NCBI GenBank assembly: GCA_951406725.2
Contig: OX597843.1
Location: 682,001 to 746,000, forward strand
DNA from: Octopus vulgaris
Taxonomy: Eukaryota
Direction of reading: 5' to 3'
DNA: 64,000 nt
Of the stretch, positions 26,530-40,590 are shown piece after piece (the stretch's first letter is position 1; each line of letters opens with the position of its first letter). Made by a program: the position numbers and the translations under genes. Under the pieces are notes generated by a model. That model did not search any database. It worked only from the letters and a program-made list of their open reading frames with translations, and was not told the DNA's origin.

Positions 26530-27140
26530 CACGCACATATAAAACACAAGAAACTCAAAAATATATTAATACAAATATACAAAAGTTCCTACTTGCACAC
26601 ACACACACTTACATACACACACGCACACGTGCATACACACACACACACACACACACACACATAAATAGAGACAGGCCGTTGGACGCACAGACAGACAAAC
26701 AACAATGTGGCTCCATATCTTTGCTGCGATCTCAGTTGCATGGTGTCACCTGTAACATTTAGAAAGGTCAAAGATATGTAGACCAATATATCATCGCCGC
26801 TACTGCCACCTCCGCCATCACCATCATCACCATCATCACCAAAACTACCACCATCACCATCATCATCATCGCCACCACCACTACCACCACCATTATCATC
26901 ATCATTGCCACCACTATCACCATTGTTGTCTTCATCATCTCACCACTACCACCACCACCACCACCACCACCATCATCACTATCATCATCGCCACCACCAC
27001 TACCACCTCCATCATCATCATCATCATCACCACCACTATCACCAATACCACCACCACCATCATCATCATAACCACCACCACCACCACTACCACCACCATC
27101 ATCATTACCACCACTAACACCATTGTCGTCTTCATCATCT

Positions 27141-27172
<32 letters not shown>

Positions 27173-27623
27173 CCACTACCACCACCACCACCACCACCAC
27201 CACCACCACCACCACCACCATCATCACCACCACTACCACCTCCATCATCATCATCATCATTACCACCACTATCACCATTGTCATCTTCAATATCTCACCG
27301 CCACCATCACCACTACCACCACCACCACCACCACCACCACCATCATCACCGTCTCGCCACCCCTATCATCGTCATCATTCTTCATTGCCATCATTGTCAC
27401 CACCACCACCACCACCACTACTGTCACCATCATCATCGCCGTAACCATCACCACCTCTATCAATATCGTCATCGTCATCGTCATCACCGCCATTGCACCC
27501 ACTACCATCATCATCATCATCATCATCATCATCTTTACCATCAGCATCATAACACCATTTTTGTCATCGTCGTCGCCGTCGTCTTCATCATCACATTCAA
27601 ATGCAACAAGTGTGTAGAAACAT

Positions 27624-27660
<37 letters not shown>

Positions 27661-28778
27661 CACGCACACATGTATGCATACTCACACATGTTGACACCCA
27701 CAGAGATATAAGGGAAGTGTATTCCTGGGTGTAGGTGTAACAGCATTTATATCTATCTGTCTATCTATATATACATATATATATATACATATATATATAT
27801 ATGTATATATATATATATGTATATATTTGATGATTGATTTAGATATATTTCTCCATTTTCTCACTGGCTTCCGTGCCGGTGGCACATAAAATACACCAAT
27901 CCGACCGTGGCCGTTGCCAGCCTCGCCTGGCACCTGTGCAGGTGGCACGTAAAAAGCACCCACTACACTCACGGAGTGGTTGGCGTTAGGAAGGGCATCC
28001 AGCTGTAGAAACATTGCCAGATTAGACTGGAGCCTGGTGCAGCCTTCTGGCTTCCCAGAACCCCGGTCGAACCGTCCAACCCATGCTAGCATGGAGAACG
28101 GACGTTAAACGATGATGATGATGATGATGATGATATATATATATATACATGTACACACACACACACATATATATACACACACATGTATATCTCTTTCTCT
28201 CTTTTACTCTTTTACTTGTTTCAGTCTTTTGTCTGCGGCCATGCTGGAGCACTGCCTTTAGTCGAGCAAATCAACCCTGGGACTTATTCTTTGCAAGCCT
28301 AGTACTTATTCTATCGGTCTCTTTTGCCGAACCGCTAAGTGATGGGGATGTAAACACACCAGCATCGGTTGTCAAGTAATGCTAGAGGGACAAACACAGA
28401 CACATAAACATATACACACACATACATATATATATATATATACATATATATGACAGGCTTCTTTCAGTTTTCGTCTACCAAATCCACTCACAAGGCATTG
28501 GTTGGCCCGGGGCTATAGCAGAAGACACTTGCCCAAGATGCCACATATATATATATATATATAAATATATATATGTATATAGATGAATGAATTATCCTTT
28601 GTTTACCGTTAACATGGAAAATTCAATAAACAGTTACCAGGGTAGCAAAATTCACACAAGTAACACAAATGAAGCGATCTATTCAAAGGTAGAAACCCCG
28701 GGTTAATGTGCAGTAATTTGTATAGTATAAGTAAATAAATAAATGGAGTTGAACGCAGATGTTATTAAAATTCTTTTA

Positions 28779-28861
28779 CTTTCGGCATATGTTTCGAAGA
28801 CAATATTGGTTTTATTCCGAAGGAATAAACGGTGTAAAATGCAATCTTCTCATCAGGAAAG
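28779..28861 (-). ncRNA. Type-I hammerhead-like motif, canonical core, mutated cleavage triplet (GCC)
   Basis: Minus strand: ctttc CTGATGA gaaga...(tttattcc-ttcg-gaataaa)...tcttc GAA ACATATGC C gaaag. Confidence 0.6.
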
Positions 28862-29133
28862 AAATTTCAACTCAAGTCAAACATAACAAACTACTCCAAG
28901 TTATTGTTTGAGTATCCACATAAGTACATAAGTGGGGGTCAAGACTGGCTTGGTTTGTGCTGGCATCGAGTCATATTAGCAGCAATAATGAAGTCGAACT
29001 AAATGATTTCAAAATATCACCGTTTCGTTTGACTTCATTATTCCAATTATACATATACATATATATATATATATACATATATATAAATATATATATATGC
29101 ATGTATATATATATATATGTGTGTGTGTGTATG

Positions 29134-29176
<43 letters not shown>

Positions 29177-30060
29177 ATATATATGGCGTTAGGAAGGGCA
29201 TCCAGCTGTAGAAACACTGCCAGATCTGACTGGCCTGGTGCAGCCTTCGGGCTCCCCAGACCCCAGTTGAACCGTCCAACCCATGCTAGCATGGAAAACG
29301 GACGCTAAATGATGATGATGATGATTGATATATATATACAAATATATATATATATATATGTATACATACATACATACATATATATATATAAAATACATAC
29401 ACACCCACATATACATATATATATATATATTATTGTATTGTAGAAATGTTAACTGCTAATCTCTAACTTGTAATTATTCCTATTCTTGGAGTGCAATTAT
29501 CTCCTTATTAACACAGAATTTCAGTGTGATATTTAATTATGTCGGACAGTCATAGCAAATTATTCCATTCTCTGGTGGCTAAGTGGCTACAAACTTCCCA
29601 ATGATCCTCATGTGATTTTTGGTGATATATAACTGCTAGTTTATAGTATTTGTATAAACTAATTTAGTAGGAAATGTTGTAATGCAGTGCGGTTAAGAGG
29701 CTTACTTTGCAGCAGCATGATTTCATGTTCAGTCCCATTGCATTGCATCTTGGGTATGAGGAGGCAACAAGCCAGTACCTTTTGCACAGATACGTGGATG
29801 TGGGGCTGCAACATACTCAGACAGGTATTGTTCATCATCATCGTTTAGCATCCACTTTCCATCCTAGCATATAACAGTCAATCTGCTTGATATAGTTTAC
29901 TTCTATTTCCAATAGTGGGATTCAGTTTATTAATTAGAATTGCCTCTTTAGTTCATAGGTTACCAATGTTCCATACTTTTGCTTTCTTTGAAGCTGTGAT
30001 ATCAACAGTGTAGCATTTCTCCAGGCACTGAAACCACATGGTTGGGAAGCAAGCTTCTTG

Positions 30061-30114
<54 letters not shown>

Positions 30115-30825
30115 ATCAATAAAGGAGGTACAGTAAAGCAAAACATGCAACCAAAATCAGGCTCAATAGTGGACTCAACAATCCACTCCAGTATCTAGTA
30201 TAGTATGACAAAAGGCATCAAACACTGGACAGGCTACGGTGTGGAATGTAAGCCACATAATGGAAAAAATAAGCAGAAAAACTAAGCTAAGAACATTAAA
30301 TTCCTTGGAAGAAAGCAGCGAATTTATACGAAAACAAATACATATGGTTAATGGATGAGAGCCAGAGATTCTCAATATTCAATATGGAAAACAATCAATA
30401 GGTTCAAACTTAGATTCCGATGTCTTTACATGAGGTCAATTCCAAGGAGTAAGGAATGGTTATTAGAGGGATAATTGCCTCTCTCTTTCTTTCTCTTTCT
30501 CTCTCTCTCTGCACCACCAGATACTCCTGACACAGTTTTGTGTCCCACAAGAAAAGTCGATACTAGATGTGTTGAAACAATTGTTGTTTCAAATGTTTTT
30601 ACACATGCCACCGGCACAGGTGACAGTAAGGTGGCGCTGGTAACGATCACACTCGAATGGTGCCTTTTATGTGCTACCAGCACAGAAGCCAGTTAGCCAC
30701 TCTGGCAATGATCACGCTCGGATGGTGCATCCTACTAGCACGGACACAGGTGCCAGTAAGGTGATGCTGGTAACAATCACAGTCGAATGGTGCCTTTTAT
30801 GTGCCACTGGCATGGAAGCCAGTTG

Positions 30826-30973
<148 letters not shown>

Positions 30974-31322
30974 GGGCTGCTCGCTTAGCCAGCAGGGTGG
31001 CGTCATTCGAAGGCTAAAACAGTGCAAACGCATTGTGACCAGCGATGTGTAACAACATCTGATGTCTGGTCGGTCACGTGATCACGTGATATATATATAT
31101 GTATATGTATGTATATCCTCATCAGGGTTTTTTATCTGCTTATCATGCTTGCATGGGTTAGATGAGTCATAGCTGCTCTCATTAGAGAGCAACATCTCAT
31201 CTTGCACCTCCTCTCCTCCCATGACTTCCCTTATGACAGCCTGCAAAAGGGACCATGCAACCTGACCCCTTCTTTCTTTCTCTGCATAAAACATAAATAA
31301 AAACATGTAAAGCCATACTTAC

Positions 31323-31677
31323 ATTTCGTAGACGGAGTAGTCTACCACCACCAGGAGTTGAACTTGCAATTCATGGACACCCCTCTTCCGCCTGCCCTTT
31401 GACTCAACCTCAGCCATTGCTGCTACTGCTGCTGCTGCTGCTGCTTCTGCTGCCGATGCTACTGCTGCTGGGGATGGTGCCGTGGGTGATGGAGATAGTA
31501 TCGATGTTGGTGAAGACGAAGATGTTGTTGTCGTTGTTGTTGATGGTGGTGGTGATGATGCAGCCACCGCTGATGGTGACGGTGGTGGTCGTGGTCGTCG
31601 TGATGATGAAGATGGTGATGCCGATCGTGATGGTGAGTCCTCCAGTTGGGTGGCCACCATGCTCGTTTTCACATCTG
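31323..31677 (-). CDS. ADAM/ADAMTS-like precursor: S/T/P/A-rich linker, furin site RRKR (31382-31393), start of metalloprotease domain ([19 protein letters not shown])
   Basis: Acceptor ctctctcattcag|CAG ATG (tandem NAGNAG), donor GAA AT|gtaagt. 355 nt, phase 1/2. RxKR followed by the reprolysin first strand (consensus vELLVVvD). Confidence 0.92.
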
Positions 31678-31794
31678 CTGAATGAGAGAGATAAGAAAGT
31701 CTTGGTAAATTGCTGTATAATGTGTATAGATATGTGTGCATGTATGTATTATGTATATATGTATGTACATGTGTGTGTGTGTGAATGTATATAC

Positions 31795-31856
<62 letters not shown>

Positions 31857-32339
31857 ATATATATACACACATATATATATGTATATATACATATTTATAG
31901 ACATGCATCCATATAATATACATACATACATATATATATTTATACATACACACACATATATACATAGTTAGACACATGCACAAATGCTTGCACATACACA
32001 CAAATATGTGCATGCACATGCACACGCACACGCATACACACACACACACGCACACTCCAGATTGCAAGTCCGTTGGCAAAAATCAATCAATAAAAGAGTT
32101 TGATAGGACAGATCAATACATTTATTCGCCAGGAGGAATGATGAGGCACTCCTTGTGGCAAAGGAAATAATCAAATTCTTTAATCGAAATCTCTTTCTTT
32201 CATACATACATACATACATACATATATATACACACACACAAACATATATATATATACACACACACAAACATATATATATATATATGTATATATACATACA
32301 TACACACACATATATATATATATATATATACAAACAAAC

Positions 32340-32370
<31 letters not shown>

Positions 32371-32560
32371 TGTATATATATGTATATATGTATGTATGTA
32401 TATGTATATATGTATGTATGTATATGTATATATGTATGTATATATATATGTATATATGTATGTATATATATATATACACACACACACACATATATATATG
32501 TATATATACATACATATATATATATATATATATACAAACAAACATATATATATATATGTA

Positions 32561-32591
<31 letters not shown>

Positions 32592-34140
32592 CTATATATA
32601 TATATATGTATATATGTGTGTGTGTGTGTACACATTTATATATATATGCACATGCACTTGAACACACATATATAAACACATACACAAAACAACACACACA
32701 CACACTCTCTCTCTTTCTCTCTCATCCATACACATGCTCACACATACTCAGACACACATAGACCTATGTACATACACCTGTGTACACAAACATAAACACA
32801 CACACACACACATATGCACGCACGCACACACACACACACACATATGCACGCACGCACACACACACACACACACACACATACTTGCAAATACAATCCCTAT
32901 AACAGCCTTTTCTCCTCTGCTCCTCTTACAAAGTGCCGGCAAACCTCCCCAGCACACCAACCATTGATTCCACCACCCTACCACTTTCTGTCATCCACCA
33001 CCATCTCACCACGCCCATCACCACGCCCATCACCATCCCACCCACTGCTCCACCACCAGCATCCTCCACCACTCCACCATCCCCCACTAACACCACCATC
33101 CTAACAAGTCCGAACACCACACCACTCCACTCCACCATTCCCCTCGACAGCTACACCCTAACACCATCCTACCACCATCTCCACCATTGTACTGCCACCA
33201 CCGGCGCCACCCTTACCAGCAAATCCACCCACCCCTCCACTCCCATCCCACCCTGCCACTTCCCTCATCCTACAACCCCTTCCACCCTACCACCACCACC
33301 CCTGCTCTAATACCCCACCACTCCCATCCCCCCTGCCACTTCCCTCATCCTACCACCACCACTCTAATACCCCTCCAATCCCACCCCACCCTGCCACTTC
33401 CCTCATCCTACCACCCCTTCCACCACCACCACCACCACCACTGCTCTAATACCCTACCACTCCCACCCCCATCACTCCTACCATCCTACCATCTCTACAA
33501 ACCCCATTATTCCAATGTGGAGGCTTAGTGGCTTAATGGTCAAGGGTGTCAGACTCATGATTGTAAGACTGTGGTTTCGATTCCTGGACCCGGTGGCACA
33601 TTGTGTTCTTGAGCAAGACACTTCATTTCATGTTGCTCCTGTCCACACAGCAAGCAAAAAGAGTAACCCTGCGATGGACTAGCATCCCATCCAGGTGCAG
33701 AATATATATCGCATGGAAACAGGGAAACTGGCACCACCTCCAACATCCCCACCACCATCACCACCGCTGCCATCACCATCACCACAACCACCATCATCAC
33801 CTCCACCATGACCACCACCACTACCACCACCACCACCACTACCACCACCACCACCATTACCTCTACCATCACCATCACCATCACCATCACCACCATCATC
33901 ACCTCCACCATGACCACCACCACTACCACCACCACCACCACCATTACCTTCACCATCACCACCACCATTACCTCCACCATCACCACCACCACCATCATCA
34001 CCTCCACCATCACCATCACCACCATCATCACCTCCACTATGACCACCACCACCACCATTACCTCCACCATCACCACCACCACCATCACCATCACACCCAT
34101 CTCCAGAGATTTGCATTAAAACCCTTAAAAAAGAACCTAC

Positions 34141-34411
34141 CTTTTGAGGGCTTCTGGCGAATGAGGTCACCAAGTTCGCTGCCATCAATTGCTTGACCTT
34201 GATCCATCTGGCCATCGAGCCGACCCTTGAACTTGTCCTTAGTGGCTTTGCCCACCGGGGTTTCTGGATGTAAGGGTCGGCTAGGGTTTTGGTTTTGGTT
34301 TTGGAATAACAGGGGCTGCAGTGACAGCCCTTCCACTACATAGCACTGACTGGGTCGACCACTGCTGTGGGGCCATTGCTGTTGTTCTTGCTGTTGGCAG
34401 AGTGTGCCTAC
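34141..34411 (-). CDS. ADAM/ADAMTS-like precursor, prodomain exon (VGTLCQQQEQQQWPHSSGRPSQCYVVEGLSLQP...RQKPSK)
   Basis: Acceptor ctctcttacattgaacag|GTA GGC, donor AAA G|gtaggt. 271 nt, phase 0/1, open. Overlaps ORF 34091..34336. Confidence 0.85.
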
Positions 34412-34852
34412 CTGTTCAATGTAAGAGAGATGTGAAGTGAACAGAATTTGTAATTAACAGGTGAGGAGTTAGATGGGAGGGGGGGAGACAGTGGGGGAGG
34501 AATGGAGTGTGAGAGAAGAGAGAGTCATGGAAGAGGTAGTAAAAATGACAGTGTAAAATTTGGGACCAGGTAGGGTACAATCTGATGTGGCAAATATACA
34601 GGGGGTCCCCAAAGTACCTGACAGGTTTCAGTTTTTAATAACTTCCTTAACTTTACAAATAAATGCATGAAATTTTTATACAATATAGGTGCAGGAGTGG
34701 CTGTGTGGTAAGTAGCTTGCTAACCAACCACATGGTTTCAGGTTCAGCCTCACTGCGTGGCACCTTGGGCAAGTGTCTTCTGCTATAGCCCCGGGCCGAC
34801 CAATGCCTTGTGAGTGGATTTGGTAGACGGAAACTGAAAGAAGCCTGTCATA

Positions 34853-34894
<42 letters not shown>

Positions 34895-35494
34895 AGTTTG
34901 TGTTTGTCCCCCTAGCATTGGTTGACAACCGATGCTGGTGTGTTTACGTCCCCGTCACTTAGCGGTTCAGCAAAAGAGACCGATAGAATAAGTACTGGGC
35001 TTACAAAGAATAAGTCCCGGGGTCGATTTGCTCGACTAAAGGCAGTGCTCCAGCATGGCCGCAGTCAAATGGCTGAAACAAGTAAAAGAGTAAAGGAGAG
35101 TAAAGAGTATTCTAAAATAGGGAGTTGGTACTTTTTAGTCACCCTGTATTGTTATTTATGCAAAAGCATCTTAAGCCCAAAACGTTGCTTTTTTACAGAA
35201 AATGAAAAAAATAGTTTCACCATTCCACCACAGAAGCATTGTACTACACTTTGGCAATTTTTGATACCTTGGCATCTGAAGCAGCTGGAAATGTGGTAGT
35301 TTGACCAAAATAAAAAAAAAATAAAACCCAGCTGTTGCAAGCAAAACTAAATATTGAAAAACACTGTATTTGGCCAAATTTGGACATATGACAGTTTAAC
35401 ATAATGGCAACATAATATATATATATCATCATCATCATCATCATCATCATTTAACATCCACTTTCTATGTTAGCATGGGTTATATATATAAATA

Positions 35495-35527
<33 letters not shown>

Positions 35528-35582
35528 TTATAGAAAATAGTAAAAAGTGAAAAAACTACAGAAGGCTTGTTTTAAAAGAAAT

Positions 35583-35654
35583 GACCGGTTTCGCGTTCAG
35601 CTTTTCAAAAACTATGTCATTGTATGAAAAAAATTTATAACATTCTTCAGACAT
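35583..35654 (-). ncRNA. Degenerate hammerhead-like motif inside 17-bp inverted repeats
   Basis: Minus strand CTGAAGA...GAA ACCGGT C. Flanked by aaggcttgttttaaaag (35562-35578) and cttttaaaacaagcctt (35681-35697). Stems I and II are poor. Confidence 0.35.
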
Positions 35655-36465
35655 ATTGACTCAAATATATATTTTTTAACCTTTTAAAACAAGCCTTTTA
35701 TTTGTCTCAGCCATTTGATTGTGGCCATGCTGGAGCACCACCTTTAGTTGAAGAAATTGACCCCAGGACTTCATCTTTGTAACCTTAGTACTTATTCTAT
35801 CGGTATCTTTTGCCAAACCACTAAGTTACAGGGACGTAAACATACCAACATCAGTTTTCAAGCAATATGAAGGGGGACAAAAACACATATATATATACAC
35901 ACGTATATATGTGTATATATATATATATATATATAGATAGATAGATAGATACATACACATACAACGCGCTTCTTTCAGTTTCCGTTTATCAAATCCACTC
36001 ACAAAGCTTTGGTCAGACCAAGGGTATAGTAGAAAACACCTAAGGTACCACACAGTGGGACTGAACCCAGAACCATATGGTTGGGAAGCAAGCTTCTTAA
36101 CACACAGCCATGCCTGTGCCTATATGTATGTATATATCTGTATATACATATATATACATACATATATGTTCATATGTATGTATATATATATATATGTATG
36201 TATATATATGCATACATGTATATATATATATATACATATATATATGTATATATACATATATAAATATATGTAGGTATATGTATATACACATATATATAAA
36301 TACATACATATATATGCATATGTATATATATATATACATATATATATATATACATACATACATACATATATATATACGTATATGTATGTATACATATGTA
36401 TATAGGCATATATATACATACATACATATATATACATATACACATATATATATAGGTGTAAATAA

Positions 36466-36677
36466 TATGGGTGGCTAAACGCAATTTTACAGCCTAAAGG
36501 CAGAAATGTATATATGTCACTAAAGTGAGAAAAGGCACCAATAAGCAACGGTATTACAAGAAATAAAAGTCAAAATGGTTCGACAGCCACAGAAACCAGT
36601 AACCAAATGACTCTGTCACCGTCGTGACGTATATATTTCTGCCTTTAGGTTGTATAATTGCGTTTAGCCACCCATAT
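36466..36677. repeat. Imperfect inverted repeat, ~60-bp arms, ~90-nt spacer
   Basis: atatgggtggctaaacgcaatt...cctaaaggcagaaat versus atttctgcctttagg...aattgcgtttagccacccatat. Confidence 0.8.
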
Positions 36678-36810
36678 CAGTTATAATTTTCACTTTTACC
36701 ATTTATGAACTCAACATACGATTTCAATGGATCTCTTATAAACTGACAAGGCAAGCTGAGTTAAACCCTAGGCACGGTGAGAGCCACTTATGAGCATTAA
36801 GATACATATA

Positions 36811-37226
36811 GGCGCAGAAGTGGCTGTGTGGTAAGTAGTTTGCCTACCAACCACATGGTTCTGGGTTCAGTCCCAGTGCGTGGCACCTTGGGCAAGTGTC
36901 TTCTACTATAGCCTCGGGCCGACCAATGCCTTGTGAGTGGATTTGGTAGATGGAAACTGAAAGAAGCCTGTCGTATATATGTATATATATATATGTGTGT
37001 GTGTGTGTGTTTGTGTTTGTGCCCCTAGTATCGCTTGACAACCAATGCTGGTGTGTTTACGTCCCTGTAACTTAGCGGTTCAGCAAAAGAAACCGATAGA
37101 ATAAGTACTGGGCTTACAAAGAATAAGTCTCGGGGTTGATATGCTCGACTAAAGGCGGTGCTCCAGCATGGCCACAGTCAAATGACTGAAACAAGTAAAA
37201 GAGTAAAAGAGTAAAAGAGTAAAGAG
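36811..37226 (+). mobile_element. tRNA-derived SINE family A, full length, internal (TA)n(TG)n, (AAGAGTA)n tail
   Basis: Head GGCGCAGaAGTGGCTGTGTGG...GGTTCAGTCCC (Pol III A/B boxes). More than 20 copies in the window. Confidence 0.9.
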
Positions 37227-37587
37227 TTATGAACTCAACATATGATTTCAATGGATCTCTTAGAAACTGACAAGGCAAGCTGAGTTAAACCCTAGGCACG
37301 GCAAGAGCCACTGATGAGCATTAAGATACGTATGCATTAAAATGTGAAATCATCGATGGTTCAGCTATATCTGCTGCTGTAGAGAGCTTACCTACCTTGT
37401 CGGTCAATAAGATTGTGCTTTCTGTGGCTATTGAGTTGTTTTGACTCTTATTTCTAGCAATACTCGTGTTGATTAGTGTCTTTCATTACTTTAGTGACAT
37501 CTATATATATATATATGTGTGTGTGTGTGTATGTACGTATGTATGTATGTATGTGTGTATGTATGTATATATCTATCTATCTATCTA

Positions 37588-37628
<41 letters not shown>

Positions 37629-37634
<6 letters not shown>

Positions 37635-37820
37635 TATGTTACAATTACTCAAATAGTCAAGATAAAACTCTGAGTTTCAGATGCCAAAGTGGAAATCCAC
37701 AACACCATCTCTTCGGTTAGATGGCCAGATAACCGAAGAGATGGTGTTGTGGATTTCCACTTTGGCATCTGAAACTCAGAGTTTTATCTTGACTATTTGA
37801 GTAATTGTAACATATTATTT
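37629..37820. repeat. Perfect 91-bp-arm inverted repeat (fold-back end of a Penelope-like element; element runs to ~37895)
   Basis: 37629-37719 is the exact reverse complement of 37730-37820, with a 10-nt spacer. Flanked by (AT)n. Confidence 0.9.
37728..37788 (+). ncRNA. Type-I hammerhead-like motif, U4C variant (family copies at ~5034-5094 and ~20358-20438)
   Basis: gataa CCGAAGA gatg...catc t GAA ACTCAGAGT T ttatc. Stem I gataa:ttatc. Mirrored on the minus strand by the left arm of the hairpin. Confidence 0.5.
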
Positions 37821-37911
37821 TATAGATAAATTTCCTCTATTTACATAATATTGAGGTCTCTTTCTTTCTTTTGTTATCTTACCATTTTTACCAATATATA
37901 TATATATATAT

Positions 37912-37946
<35 letters not shown>

Positions 37947-38140
37947 TATGCATGTATTATCTTAAGGATTTAAACAAGTTTTGGAGACTACTATGAACAT
38001 GTTTCGATGTTATAATGACCTCATCAGTGAGCCACAGACTTCACTAAATCTACCAAAGGAAAGCTAAATACACATGCTTATGATATAGAACTAAAAAATC
38101 ATGCTTGATTATCATCAGAAAAGAGAGGAAAGTTACTTAC

Positions 38141-38230
38141 CAGGAGATAATCACAGGTACCATTGGAACTCTTCACACATTGAAGGTAGAAAACACCATC
38201 TCCATTCACCACATCGTAGATAGCAACATT
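38141..38230 (-). CDS. ADAM/ADAMTS-like precursor, prodomain exon (NVAIYDVVNGDGVFYLQCVKSSNGTCDYLL)
   Basis: Acceptor ttttccacag|AAT, donor CTG|gtaagt. 90 nt, phase 0/0, open. The Y-D...C...C-L-(V)G pattern resembles invertebrate M12B prodomains. Confidence 0.85.
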
Positions 38231-40324
38231 CTGTGGAAAATTCAATGATTAAAATGAATTGTTAATGAAACAGGAAAATGAAAATTATATCAATAGAGAG
38301 ATTTGAATACATCTATAGGCACAAGCATGGCTGTGTGGTAAGAAGCTTGCTTCTCGGCTACATGGTTCCAGGTTCAGTCCCACTATTCTTTTATTCTTTC
38401 TTTCTTTTATTTTGTTTCAGTCATTTGACTGTGGCCATGCTGGAGCACCGCCTTTAGTCGAACAAATCGACCCCATGACTTATTATTTGTAAGCCTAGTA
38501 CTTATTCTAACGGTCTCTTTTGCCGAACCGCTAAGTGACGGGGACGTAAACACACCAGCATCGGTTGTCAAGCAGTGCTAGGGGGGACAAACACAGACAC
38601 ACAAACACAAACACACACATACATATATATACATATATATACGATGGGCTTTCAGTTTCCGTCTACCAAATCCACTTACAAGGCTTTGGTTGGCCCGGGG
38701 CTATAGTAGAAGACACTTGCCCAAGGTGCCACGCAGTGGGACTGAACCCGGAACCATGTGGTTGGTAAGCAAGCTACTTACCACACAGCCAGGAATTAAA
38801 AATTTAGTAAATTAACTTTGTTATTATTAACCCTTTCCTTACATATATACGACAGGCTTCTTTCAGTTTCCGTCTACCAAATCCACTCACAAGGCTTTGG
38901 TCGGCCCGAAGCTAAAGTAGAAGACACTTGCCCAAGGTGCCACGCAGTGGGACTGAACCCGGAACCATGTGGTTTGTAAGCAAGCTACTTACCACACAGC
39001 CACTCGTGGTACCTTGGACAAGTGTCTTCTACAATAAAGCCTTGGGCTGACCAAAGTCTTGTGAATGGATTTAGTAGATGGAAACTGAAAGAAGCCCATT
39101 GTGGAACACCTCTGACACATCAGACTTAGCAATGACATCTCGCTCTCTCACCAATTCCGTTCTACCAGTCATTCAATACAACACCTGTCTGTTTTGGGAT
39201 TGTCTTTGCACAGGGGCCATCCAGATTCGTATGTTTATATCCCAATAACTTAGCAGTTCAGCAAAATAGACCGACAGAATAAGTACCAGGCTTACAAAGA
39301 ATAAGTCCTGGGGTCAAAGTCTTCAACAAAAAGGCGGTGCTCCAGCATGACCGCAGTCAAATGGCTTAAACAAATAAAAGAATAAAAGAATATATATTCA
39401 TTAAGGCAACCTTAATTGTCTTGACACAAAACGTTGTTTGTTAATTATCTGCTTTTATTCATCCAATCAAATAACACGGTTCTATCATGTGATGTTTTCC
39501 TTATCTCTCATTGTTTATCATTTCAGCTTTACACCTGTTCATCCAACCAGGTGAGACTTTATTGACTCTATAGGGTGACATTTTTTTTATACATTGACTC
39601 ATCTTATGGATTTATTCTTCTTCCTCCTGGGGCACTTGTTTTAGTGTGATCTTATTCATTTATATCGTGGACAACTAAAATCACAGTTTACCATTTTATG
39701 TTTCATTTTGGAATTATTGCAATATTTTAATATTTTTCGCTCATTAATAAAATCACAATATCTGAACACAATATCATTTATTATTCCTATGCTATAACAT
39801 TTATATACACACACATATATACATCTATATATATCTCTTATTATAAAAGCAGATTTTATCTGCCTCCCTTTGGGAGTTATACAAATCTACAATATAGGAT
39901 TTCTTCAATTACAATTTACCTAGCATTTTTAAGAGTACAATGCATCGCGTCATGCCAGGTCCAGTTTTTAAAATTTAAACTCCAATTAAGCAAAATTTAC
40001 AGAAAACTCACATTCTGGTGTGTGTGTCAAATGCTTTTCTTAGTCTGGTTTACACCACACGCAAACGCACACACACAGTGGGCAACGAATAAAATGAAAG
40101 TAATTCACTTACTGTAGTGAGTGATTCTTTCACTCTGCCTCCCACTTCCTCTTTCCACACATAGACACGCAAATATATAAATAAAATTGTAAGCTAACGT
40201 GCGTGTGTGTCAGTGTGTGTGTGTGTGTGTGCGCGTGTGTGTGTGTGTGAGGGTGCGTGTGTGTGTGTGTGCGTGAGTGTGTGACAGGAAAGTTTTTTAC
40301 GACGAATATATCCAAGTAGCAGAA

Positions 40325-40590
40325 AGATAAGACAGTAAGGTGTGATTTGAGGAGATTTGGCTGCTATTTCTACCATGTCTAGCTGCCATGTAGGGGTCTC
40401 CCTCATAGGCTCATACATACATATATACATAGATAAGACAGTAAGGTGTGATTTGGGGGAAATTTGGCTGCTATTTCTACCAGGTCTAGCTACCATGTAG
40501 AGGTCCCCCTCATTGGCTCATATATATATACATACATAAGACAGTAAGGTGTGATTTGAGGGAGATTTGGCTGCTGTTTCTACCAGATCT
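40325..40590 (+). repeat. Three tandem copies of a ~105-bp unit
   Basis: ataagacagtaaggtgtgatttg..ggagatttggctgctatttctacca occurs three times. Confidence 0.85.
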
